NCBI RefSeq assembly: GCF_004010195.1
Contig: NC_057719.1
Location: 20,343,693-20,363,692 of the forward strand
DNA length: 20,000 bases
Origin: Chiloscyllium plagiosum
Taxonomy: Eukaryota
Reading direction: 5' to 3'
Part shown: piece by piece, positions 10,572 to 20,000 of the stretch
How positions within the stretch are numbered: position 1 is the stretch's first letter
How the letters are laid out: each line of letters begins with the position of its first letter
Notes under the pieces: model-generated
What the model saw: only the letters and a program-made list of their open reading frames with translations
Told to the model about the DNA's origin: nothing
Database searches by the model: none
Translations under genes and position numbers: made by a program

Positions 10572-11320
10572 GTCATAGTGTCATAGAGATCTACAACACA
10601 GAAAAAGATCCTTTAACTCATTGTGTCTGAGCTTGTCTAAAATAACCATTCTATTCTAATTAGCTATTCTAATCACATTTTCCTGCATTTGGTCCATAGC
10701 CTTGTATGCCTTGATTTTGTAAGTGCACATCCAATACCTCTTAAATGGAATGAGGGTTTCTGACTCTTTCATCCTCCTAAGGCAGTGAGTTCCAGATTCC
10801 CACCACTCTCACAAAGATAAGGTATAATCCTCACATCTCCTCAAAACCTTTTGTCCCTTATCTTAAATCAATAATTTCTAGTCTTTAATCTGACCACCAA
10901 GGGAGAATATTTCTTCCTGTCTGCCCTAGCTATGCCTGTCATAATTTTACACATCTCAATTATGTCCACTCTCAGTATCCCTTGCTCTGTGGAAAACAAC
11001 CCCATTCTGTTCACTCTCTGTGTAACTAAAACCCTGCAGTACAGGCAACATCCTCAGCATCTGTGCTATCACATCTCTGCAATAATGTGCATCCTAGAAC
11101 TGTTCACAATACTTTAGCTGTGGCCTAACCAACATAACCCTCCTGCTCCTAAACTGTATGCCTCAACTAATAAAGGCAAGTATACTATATGCCTTCTTAA
11201 CCACTTTATCTACCTGTCTTGGTACCTTATGGGACCAGTATTCCAAGGTCCATCCGATTCCTTTGAATCACCAGGGTTCAATTGCTTAATATTTACCCCC
11301 TTGCCTTATTTGTCTTTACA
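10572..11320 (-). mobile_element. Decayed CR1 LINE 3' portion
   Basis: Begins with the reverse of a CR1 tail (gtcatagtgtcatagagatctacaac). It is colinear with the copy at 16330-17050, e.g. 'ggcagtgagttccagattcccaccactctc', 'ggaaaacaacccc', 'gtggcctaacca', 'actaataaaggcaagtata', 'ccactttatctacctg'. Confidence 0.85.
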
Positions 11321-11776
11321 AGTGGATGTTATCAAACCTGACTTAAAAGATAGTCTCCATTTAAATCTCATTCATTTTGGCTATGTCCAAGCAGAACAGA
11401 GTCAGTGAGCTTTGTCTGGTGATAGTCAGCTGCAACAGCTCGAAGTGATCATCATCTGGAAGTGACCCGAAAACATATGACAGGTCCCTGAACCAGCACA
11501 TTTCAGAGTTGAACTACGACTCTCTAGGAACGTAAGGCACACAAGTGATTATTCCCCAAACTCTACATTAAGGCAAACTACAGCCCTGGGCAGAGAAAAT
11601 TCCCCAGACATAGCTGCGTGAATCCACCTACTGGTTTAGCATCAAAAAAACATTAACTAATTAAGTAATGAGAAATGTGTCGACTGCATCGAAGCCGACA
11701 ATCAAGGGAACGTCATTCCACACAAATTCCATCTGGTCTATAGTGCAGGATTGCAACTGATATTTTCCATTTCCAG

Positions 11777-11857
11777 GAGTAAGACTACATTCCGTTGACA
11801 TGGTGTTCCTCACCAAATTTTGTCGAACAGTTAGAGGACATGATGCATTCTTCCTAG
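11777..11857 (+). CDS. Candidate 81-nt internal exon of an unidentified host gene (speculative)
   Basis: Acceptor-like 'aactgatattttccatttccag|G'; open phase-1/phase-1 reading (G)VRLHSVDMVFLTKFCRTVRGHDAFFL(G); possible GC donor 'CTAG|gcatgt'. No homology recognised. Confidence 0.2.
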
Positions 11858-11994
11858 GCATGTATAGGAAGTGATTTTGTCCAAAACAATAACTTTTTTC
11901 CTCACTTCCTTCAGTCTAATGGTCTGACAGGGCACACTGTGTATATAGTAGAATCTATAATAATTAAGTGTGAATTTGCCCACCAAGGTTTTTG

Positions 11995-12032
11995 GCTAGA
12001 TATGCTAGATATGCTAGATCTATATATATATA
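11995..12032. repeat. Short tandem repeat: (GCTAGATAT) about 3 copies followed by (TA)n
   Basis: gctagatatgctagatatgctagatctatatatatata. Confidence 0.85.
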
Positions 12033-13021
12033 ACTTTTCTTTGAAAATGATTTAGCCTTACTGGCCCTTGTCATGTTTAGAACACAGATTCATGCAGTTC
12101 TTCCCTCCCACACCCTTATCACCCAATCACAAGTGTACAGCATATTGTTGGACAAAAGGGATTGAATGCTATTGGAGCATAATGAATGAGCATGTGATAC
12201 TTGGAACAGAGAACTGAGATAAGAATACATGGGTATGTGGAAAAGTGCTGCATTTCAGTGTCTAGCCTAAGTCACATGACATTGTAATAAGCGATGATCA
12301 AATCCTGTGGAGAAAAGTGTGAAAGATCTGAACCGTATACGTTCAGTCAGCCATCACACAGGATGACAACTCCCATACTGAGAACATTGTGCCAGACAGC
12401 AAATGCGCACCTACAACAAATGATCCACATCAATCTGGGAAGACAAGCAGCACCCTCCAGAGTGATGCTACACAGCCGTGTCAATGAATTGTACAAGAAC
12501 TAGATCAAGTTGTTTGGTGTATCTGCTAAAGGTCTTAAAGTATGGAGATAATGAATCTGTGGGCAACTTTGTACATGTTCATTAGAAAAGGGTTCCTATT
12601 TTTTACAGAAAAAAATTATGTGGATGTCACATTGTTACATATATCCCTTGCAAGCAGTGTACTTTTAGATGACATCATGACATGTGATGTTTCAAATTAA
12701 AGGCCCTTGCCTCACCTTCTGTAATCACAGTGCAGTGTGTAGTCATTGCTGTGTGTAGTGTTATAATTAGATGTTACAATCTGATCATTAATGATCTTAC
12801 TTGAATGGTAGAGCAGACAAAATATTGATCTGCCTGAGATTGTTTAGAGAACTCTAAATAAATGTTTAACATAGAGCAAACTACAATCCTGCAGAATAAA
12901 AGCAAGTTAACAAGTTCTCATTTGGGGGAATGATTCTCTTCAGTTATCATTTCCTACTCAAAATCTGTCTGTTTTGATTGGAAGTTAGACCAGAAAAGAT
13001 GGAGGAAGTATCCTCCATCCA

Positions 13022-13332
13022 GGGCAGTATGATGACTCAGTGATTAGCGCCGCAGCCTCACAGCACCAGGGACTTGGGTTCAATTCCAGACTCAGGCGAG
13101 TGTCAGTGTGGAGTTTGCACATTCTCCCCGTGTCTGCGTGGGTTTCCTCTGGGTGCTCCAGTTTCCTCCCACAGTCCAAAGATTTGCAGGTAGGGTGAAT
13201 TGTCCAGGTTAAATTGTCCATAGTGTTTGGTGCACTATTCAGAGGGAAATGGGTCTGGGTGGGTTATACTTCGGAATATCGGTGTTGTTGGGGCAAATGG
13301 CCTGTTTCCACACTGTAGTGAATTTAATCTAA
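13022..13332 (+). mobile_element. tRNA-derived SINE, HE1 / V-SINE type, near full length
   Basis: A-box-like tgactcagtga (13033-13043) and B-box ggttcaattcc (13077-13087); V-domain core 'gtgtggagtttgcacattctccccgtgtctgcgtgggtttcctctgggtgctccagtttcctcccacagtccaaag'; CR1-like 3' tail 'ggcaaatggcctgtttccacactgtag'. Confidence 0.92.
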
Positions 13333-13739
13333 AACAAAAGTCCCAAGGGATAGTTTCCGATGAATCTGGCCAGAGCAGGATGCTGCCTTGACAAGCTACT
13401 GAGATCAATATTCACTCAGATATTTGTCCTATAGTATCAGTGAACTACCCTCAACTGCCATGGATTAAATACCTCCTTGTCAATTTAAGTAATGTATAAT
13501 ATATAAACTGATGTTTTTAACAAACTTAATAAACACTTAAAAATATTTATGAATAGTCAAGACCTATTTTAAGTAGTTGTGATCCTTGAATTCCAAACTT
13601 TATAAATGATGTCAATTGTGTGCTGCAATGCTGATTACTGTTTGATACAGTTTGCTGCCACTGTCCCTTTTCCTTGAATAGGCATGGTGTGATATTAGTA
13701 ATTTTGTGTAAAGTAACACAAAACCACAACCAAGTGCAT

Positions 13740-13860
13740 GTTTGTAACACCATTGCAAGTGAAGCTCTCACTCAGTAATCCACACGGTGAAGAATGTAAG
13801 CTAAAATAGGCTATAAAATCAATCTTTTGACTCTCAGATGAGAGTGCTATCAATTAAGAT
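13740..13860 (-). mobile_element. Possible ancient SINE head fragment (Deu-domain/SacSINE1-like)
   Basis: 'ttttgactctcagatgagagtgctatcaattaag' reads like the reverse of a decayed tRNA head, and 'agtgaagctctcactcagtaatccacac' resembles the adjacent body. Recalled similarity only. Confidence 0.4.
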
Positions 13861-14094
13861 AAAGTCCTACCATGGAATAAAAGCTTGGTTCTTAAATACC
13901 TAAGAGTTACAGGAGCAGGAAGCTATGCATCTTAGAATACTGAAAGGAATGGAGTTAGTAACAAGGTACTTTGGCTGAATTTTTCATATTATTAAGGCAC
14001 AGAGCTCAACTTGGAAATATGTTTACAAGGTTTTTTGATTAAAAAAGGTCAAAACCGCAATCTTGAAAATTATTGGCTTATTACTTTGATATCC

Positions 14095-14396
14095 ATGCAT
14101 GGAAAATGCTGGAGTCCTTTATAAAGAAACTAATTCAGGCCCCAATTATCAGCAGTAAATGCAATTATTTCAAACTAATACAGGTTATGCTGGACAGGCC
14201 ATGTCTAAAAGTATGTTGAAACTCCCTGGAGATAGAACAGCAGTGATGGATAGTAGCAATGCAATGGCTATGCATTAACTTTTCAAAACACTTGATATTA
14301 TTTCTCATAGAAGATTTCTTTTTGTTAAAATAGAAATCTTAGCAATAAAAAAAGTGAAAAGTGATTTGGATTGCTAGTTATCTAAACAATAGGAAA
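14095..14396 (+). mobile_element. Ancient, highly decayed CR1 ORF2 (RT) fragment, left part
   Basis: WKMLESFIK (14100-), DRTAVMDSSNAMAMH*LFKTLDIISHRRF (14231-14317, cf. DFSKAFDKVPHGRL) and IWIASYLNNRK (14364-14396, cf. WIENWLTGRS) occur in the order expected for CR1 RT. Confidence 0.7.
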
Positions 14397-15264
14397 GAGG
14401 CATGGGATAGAGGGAAATTTGGCCAGTTGGATAGAAAACTGGCTAACCGGTCGAAGTCAGAGAGTGGTGGTCGATGGTAAATATTCAGCCTGGAGCCCAG
14501 TTACAAGTGGAGTTCTGCAGGGATCAGTTCTGGGTCCTCTGCTGTTTGTAATTTTTATTAATGACTTGGAAGAGGCAGTCGAAGGGTGCATCAGTAAATT
14601 TGCAGATGATACGAAGATTGGTGGAGTTGTAGATAGTGAGGAGGGCTGTTGTCTGCTGCAAAAGGACTTAGATATGATGCAGAGCTGGGCTGAGGAGTGG
14701 CAGATGGAGTTCAACCCTGTCAAGTGTGAGGTTGTCCATTTTGGAAGGACAAATAAGAATGCAGAATACAGGGTTAACGGTAGGGTTCTTAGTAAGGTGG
14801 AGGAGCAGAGGGATCTTGGGGTCTATGTTTGTAGATCTTTGAAAGTTGCCATTCAGGTGGATAGAACTTGTAAGAAGGCCTATTGTATATTAGCGTTCAT
14901 TAGCAGAGGGATTGAATTCAAGAGTCGTGAAGTGATGTTGCAGCTGTACAGGACCTTGGTTAGGCCACATTTGGAGTACTGTGTGCATTTCTGGTCGCCT
15001 CACTTTAGGAAAGATGTGGAAGCTTTGGAGAGGGTGCAGAGNNNNNNNNNNNNNNNNNNNNNNNNNNNNNNNNNNNNNNNNNNNNNNNNNNNNNNNNNNN
15101 NNNNNNNNNNNNNNNNNNNNNNNNNNNNNNNNNNNNNNNNNNNNNNNNNNNNCTTTAAGTGGCAATTGGATAGGTACATGGATGGGTGCTTAAGCTAGGA
15201 CAAATGTTCGGCACAACATCGTGGGCCGAAGGGCCTGTTCTGTGCTGTATTGTTCTATGTTCTA
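14395..15264 (+). mobile_element. 5'-truncated CR1 LINE, relatively young (RT C-terminal half to 3' tail)
   Basis: ORF 14419-15198 contains [28 protein letters not shown] (FADD at 14599-14610) and LYRTLVRPHLEYCVHFWSP, with no stops in the sequenced part. The 3' end is gggccgaagggcctgttctgtgctgtattgttctatgttcta. Confidence 0.96.
15042..15152. other. Assembly gap (111 N) inside CR1
   Basis: Run of N bases. Confidence 0.99.
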
Positions 15265-15445
15265 ACATGAAGTGATAAAGTCTGGTCTTTTTAATTAAAT
15301 ATTGTGTACTTTTTAGGATCTTTGCTGTGCACAATTTGTATAAATAATTCACGCTATATTAGTATGCTGACCTAGTTTGCTGAGGTCTGACTTAGCATGG
15401 ACTGGCAGAATATTTAGACAAATGAAATAAATTTTAATGAAATCA
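15265..15445 (+). mobile_element. Ancient CR1 ORF2 (RT) fragment, right part (continuation of 14095-14396)
   Basis: 15313-15384 translates LGSLLCTICINNSRYISMLT*FAE, versus CR1 LGPLLFVIFINDL...GCISKFADD; further on GLAEYLDK* resembles (R)L.(S/E)WA.(E/K)W. Confidence 0.65.
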
Positions 15446-15509
15446 TAACGTGACACCTGAAAAAAGTAGCTTGAAAATTGAATTTAATATTGAAAGCATG
15501 AAAGATAAC

Positions 15510-15810
15510 GATAAAGATCTGCACTTTCCCATATCTCAAAAAGATACAAAATTCTTTAGTTACTTTGAAGTGATTTCAAAATTGTTGCTAAATAGACTGA
15601 CACGTTTTGCATTCTGGAAAATGCCATAAACAGAAGCTGCTGATTTGCCGGTAATGTTCATGTTAGTAAGTTGATCAGGTATGAATTTAAGACAGAATGA
15701 CAATCAAGTATGGGGGCTGAGGTTGGTGACAAATCATTTCACTGTTCATCCATTCCTTTCCCCGAAATGTAACACTGTGAATTGTTAGTACTCGAACCTC
15801 ATATGCACTC
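15510..15810 (-). mobile_element. Possible very old SINE remnant (Deu-domain-like)
   Basis: Scattered motifs ('tactttgaagtg', 'ccataaacagaa', 'ccgaaatgtaacact..gtactc') in the order I recall for shark Deu-SINEs in reverse; very diverged. Confidence 0.25.
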
Positions 15811-16329
15811 TCAAAATTCAATTCTCGATCTGTTGCAGGTAGTGTCACAGTCAATGGAAAGGAAAAATTGTGCATGTGTTGTGGTGGGCTTCCACTAGAG
15901 ATGTAAGAAGTCAAAATGTGAGTGATGCTGTGATATCACCCTCATTAAAAGTTTATTTTGTCATTATTATGATAATGGATATTATTTAAGATTTATTTGA
16001 TTTTGACTAAGTAGAATGGACAAGGGTGTGTAACAGCAATATTTACTAAGAGGAAATTGGGCCTTTTTTTGATTTTATTAATTGTAGAACGAAGATGAAA
16101 TAAGATTGAGGTAGACACAGACAGTTTATTTGAAATATTCTTTTGTTCTGATTTTATGATTTTGTGAATCATAATGTAGCTATGCTTTATGGAATGTGTA
16201 ATTGAACTATCTGTCATAACGTCACAATACATCCATTCTTAATTTTTAATCGATATCTTCACATTTGTGCAGTCAACTACAATCGGACCTTCTGAAGTTC
16301 AACTGTTACACTATTGAGATATGATATTT

Positions 16330-17499
16330 TAGAGTCATAGAGATGTGCAGCGTGGAAACAGATCCTTTGGTCCAAATCGTCCATGCCGAACAGACACCCC
16401 AACCCAATCTAGTCCCACCCGGACCATATCCCTCCAAACCCTTCCTGTTCAAATACCCATCCAAATGCCTTTTAAATATTGCAACTGTACTAGCCTCCAC
16501 TACTTCCTCTGGCAGCTCAATCCATACACGTACCACCCTCTGAGTGAAAAGGTTGCCCCTTAGGTCTCTTTTATATCTTTCCCCTCTCACCCTTAACCTA
16601 TGCCCTCTAGTTCTGGACTCCTTGACCCCAGGGAAGAGACTTTGTCCATTTATCCTATTCATGCCCCTTATGATTTTATAAACCCTTATAAGGTCACCCC
16701 TCAGCCTCCAACTCTTCAGGGAAAACAACCCCAGCCTATTCAACCTCTCTCTGTAGCTCAAATCCTCCAACCCTTGCAACATCCTTGTAAATCTTTTCTG
16801 AACTCTTTCAAGTTTCACAATGTCTTTCCAATAAGGAAGGAGACCAGAACTGCACGCAATATTCCAACAGTGGCCTAACCATTGTCCTGTACAACCGCAA
16901 CATGACCTCCCAACTCCTGAAGTCAATAGTCTGACCAATAAAGGAAAGCATACCAAACACTTTCTTCACTATCCTATCTACCTGCGACTCCACTTTCAAG
17001 GAGCTATGAACCTACACTTCAAAGTCTCTTTGTTCAGCAACACTTCCCAAGATCTTACCATTAAGCGTGTAAGTCCTGCTAAGATTTGCTTTCCCAAAAT
17101 GCAGCACCTCACATTTATCTAAACTAAACTCCATCTTCCACTTCTCAGCTCATTAGCCCATCTGATCAAGATCCCGTTGTAATCTGAGGTAACCTTCTTT
17201 GCTGTCCACTACACCTCCAATTTTGGTATCATCTGCAAACTTACTAATTATAACTCTTGTGTTCACATCCAAATCATTTATATAAATGATGAAAAGTAGA
17301 GGACCCAGCACTGATCCTTGTGGCACTCCACTGGTCACAGGCCTCCAGTCTGACAAACAACCCTCCACCACCACCCTCTGCCTTCTACCTTTGAGCCAGT
17401 TCTGTATCTAAATGGCGAGTTCTCCCTGTATTCCATGAGATCTAACCTTGCTCACCAGTCTCCCATGGGGAACCTTGATGAACGCCTTACTGAAATCCA
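16330..17499 (-). mobile_element. 5'-truncated CR1 LINE (HER1-type), ORF2 disabled by stops and frameshifts
   Basis: Minus-strand ORF pieces: [93 protein letters not shown]. The 3' tail ctctatgactcta lies at about 16330-16342. Confidence 0.96.
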
Positions 17500-17829
17500 G
17501 AGTAGTAATGTCTGGATTACTCCCAGTGCTCCGAGCTAGTGAGGGCAGGAATAAGAGGATAGAGCAAATGAATGCATGGCTGAGGAGCTGATATATGGGA
17601 GAAAGGTTCACATTTTTGGATCATTGGAAGCTGTTTTGGGGTAGAAGTGACCTGTACAAGAAGGACAGATTGCACCGAAATTGGAAGGGGACTAATATAC
17701 TGGCAGGGAGATTTGCTCGAGCTGCTCGGGAGGATTTAAACTANNNNNNNNNNNNNNNNNNNNNNNNNNNNGGACATAGTGAGGAAAGATTTCAATCTGA
17801 GACTGGTACAGTTGAGAACAAAGGCGAGT
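17496..17829 (+). mobile_element. CR1 ORF1 C-terminal fragment (SGNH-esterase-like domain) plus following inter-ORF sequence
   Basis: Translates SRVVMSGLLPVLRASEGRNKRIEQMNAWLRS*YMGERFTFLDHWKLFWGRSDLYKKDRLHRNWKGTNILAGRF. This matches the SGLLP...N.WL...F.D.W...LY..DGLH.N..G pattern of the esterase in vertebrate CR1 ORF1p. Confidence 0.88.
17744..17771. other. Assembly gap (28 N)
   Basis: Run of N bases starting at the probable ORF1 stop (ta-N). Confidence 0.99.
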
Positions 17830-18220
17830 AGACACAAACTGATTATTTCATTTTGGGGAAATGGCTTCAAATACTGTGGATCTCTCAAGAACAGTCAACC
17901 TGTAAACTGCAGCCTGCAACAAAGTGAATGGCTCTAATGGTACTCCTGAGAGATAATATCTAACTTACAGCCAGGTGCTGGCTGAAAGGGGTAAAAATAA
18001 AATCAATGTGGCGATTCTACCAATGTCAGTTCAAATCTTTCTTTTCACAGTAAACTATTGGAACAAAGATGCTTCACATTCCAATTCTCTTCTTCCTCCC
18101 TCTGGTCAATTAAACCATACAGAATAAAATCAGTCCATGTTACCAGATGTTATTAAACTAGTCTTCAATTCTGGATGTATCCTATTGTGGTATTTGGTGC
18201 CCGCAATTACAAATTTGCTC

Positions 18221-18885
18221 TTTTTTTTTATTCACTCACAGGTTGTGGGCATCACTGACTGAGCCAGCAATTATTGCCCATCCTTCGTTGCCCTTGAGAA
18301 GGTGGTGCTGAACTGCTTTCTTGAACTGCTGCAGGTAGATGAGCTGTAGCTAGACCCACAATGTTATTAAAGAAGGAATTCCAGGATTTTGTCACAGCGA
18401 CACTAAAGGAATGGCAATGTATTTCCAAGTCAGGATGGCAAGTGGCTGGTGGAAAAATTTGCAGGTAGTAGTATTCCCATGTATCTGCTGCCCTTGTCTT
18501 TCTAGATGAAGAGGTCACAGATTTGTAAGGTGCTGCCGAAGAAGCATTGGTGAAGTTTTGCAATCGACACCTTGTAGCTAGTACATCTTGCTGCTACTAA
18601 GTGCCAGTGGTGGAAGGGACGGATGCTTGTGGATGTGGTGCCAATCAAACAGGCTGCTTTGATCTCAATGGTTTCAAGCTTTTTGAGTGTTGTTGGATCC
18701 GCACTCATCCAGGCAAATGGGAAATATTCCATGACATTCCTGACTTGTGCCTTGAAAGTGGTGGACAAGCTTTGATGAGTCAGGAGGAGAGTTACTCACC
18801 GCAGTATTCTGAGCCTCTGACCTACTCTTGTAGTCACTATATTTATATGGCTAGCCCAGATGAGTTTCTGGTCAGTGGTAATTCT
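18221..18885 (-). mobile_element. 5'-truncated LINE of a divergent CR1/L2-group family with A-rich tail
   Basis: Minus strand reads TDQKLIWASHINIVTTRVGQRLRILR*...LSTTFKAQVRNVMEYFPFAWMSADPTTLKKLETIEIKAACLIG and HSFSVAVTKSWNSF, an ORF2 C-terminal pattern (Y...VR...EY...W; SF......WN.LP). It ends in gaataaaaaaaaa. Confidence 0.85.
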
Positions 18886-19269
18886 TTGTGATGAACTAGT
18901 TAACTGTATAACATGTAAGATCACAATAATTATGTCCACAATCAGTGTTACTTCCCAATCATTCCAACTTAACTCTTTTTAATGTCTCCAAACCCTTCAA
19001 TTTCTACAAGAATCTGTTTTCTTTTGCATTTAAGCATCTCTTATCATCAGTTGTTTGGATATATAAACATTGGAATCAACCATCTATGCTGACAATGTAG
19101 CATTTTTAACCCAGGAGCAGTTGTTGTTCTTTACAAATGTCAATGGTTATTTTAGGTTTTCATTATACTTTTCTTCCCAGCTTTTGAAGGCTAAGCAGTA
19201 TGCAGTATCATCATGCTCTGCACAATGATCTTCTCTGAAGTCACTGTTGGTATTTATTAAACATATACT

Positions 19270-19772
19270 GATGCTGTGCCCTTTAATGGAGGAAAACATT
19301 TCATGATGCTTCATTTAGGAGGAATGGAATGGTTTCTGGCCCTTTGTGGAAAAGTTGAAAGATGTGACCAAAGGCATGTTCAAAGAGAAGAATTTTAATG
19401 AAACTTTTATTGGTGTATAGCAAAGTAATATATGATTAATGCCAAAACAGCTGAAAGCTGTGATTTAGATGATAGAGGGCTAGAGACTCAGTTGAGCTCA
19501 AAATAAGAGTAACAGAGAGTATGATGGAGAATTAAAACCTGGCAGAGTTTGCAGATATAGAGTGGGATAGGGTATAGTCAAATCTGTGACTAGGGAAAAG
19601 AATTTTAACTTTGAGGAGTTGAGGATCAAGTGCAGATTAGTGAACTGGTTGGTAATAGGCCAAGCTGTACAATGTTAATTGTATTGCTTGAAGTGACTTG
19701 GAGTCTTGGAATAAAGGAGAATAATCAAGGGGCAAATGGAGTCTGGAGGTAATAAGTGCAAAGGACTTTGGT
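19270..19772 (-). mobile_element. Old L2-like LINE 3' fragment
   Basis: Colinear motifs resembling the reverse of a shark L2-type 3' region: 'gtgaccaaaggcatgttcaaagag', 'cagctgaaagc', 'gcagatatagagtggg', 'agaattttaa', 'gagtctggaggtaa'. Recalled similarity; highly diverged. Confidence 0.55.
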
Positions 19773-20000
19773 GAACATAGAACATAGAACATAGAGCATA
19801 GAACATAGAAGAATACAGCGCAGTACAGGCCCTTCGGCCCTCGATGTTGCGCCGATCCAAGCCCACCTAACCTACACTAGCCCACTATCCTCCATATGCC
19901 TATCCAATGCCCGCTTAAATGCCCATAATGAGGGAGAGTCCACCACTGCTACTGGCAGGGCATTCCATGAACTCACGACTCACTGAGTAAAGAACCTACC
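19773..20000 (-). mobile_element. CR1 LINE 3' end with (TTCTATG)n tail; continues past the window edge
   Basis: About 5 copies of GAACATA at 19773-19810, then acaggcccttcggccctcgatgttg (reverse of the same type of 3' UTR as 15215-15264), then reverse ORF2 C-terminus (FTQ*VVSSWNALP...FKRALDRHM). Confidence 0.95.

Noticed and set aside
12240..12503. 69-aa ORF, a minus-strand acceptor-like site (ttttctccacag near 12305) and an imperfect palindrome at 12328-12346
   Set aside because: No recognisable homology; all frames after the acceptor stop within about 13 codons; the short palindrome is compatible with chance.
13022..13095. tRNA gene
   Set aside because: The A and B boxes are followed by a V-domain core and LINE-like tail, so this is a SINE head, with a degenerate A box.
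14419..15198. Functional reverse transcriptase gene or novel RT system
   Set aside because: It is a 5'-truncated CR1 fragment lacking the endonuclease, early RT motifs and a true start, and it spans an N gap.

Overview
Eukaryotic, repeat-rich, apparently non-coding DNA. The tRNA-headed HE1/V-type SINE and the CR1 (HER1-type) LINEs point to a cartilaginous fish (shark or ray); that assignment is inferred from repeat families only. About 928-9767 is one large (~8.8 kb, roughly 245 copies) GC-rich 36-bp tandem array with consensus CTCCGGGACTCGGCCCTGTGCTCGCTCTGCTCCCCG. It accounts for nearly all long ORFs in the track, and its frameshifting unit variants argue against it coding for protein. The remainder is AT-rich sequence with 5'-truncated LINE fragments (several CR1 subfamilies, a divergent CR1/L2-group family, an old L2-like copy), SINEs and three N gaps. 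Notable structure: higher-order block duplications and a CpG-decay pattern in the array; a younger CR1 inserted into an ancient CR1 at nearly the homologous RT position; a CR1 whose 5' end is fused by microhomology to an inverted ORF1 esterase fragment; a perfect hairpin against the SINE 5' end; and one weak candidate host exon. No recognisable host gene was found, and I cannot support a new biological system here; the array is the best lead.
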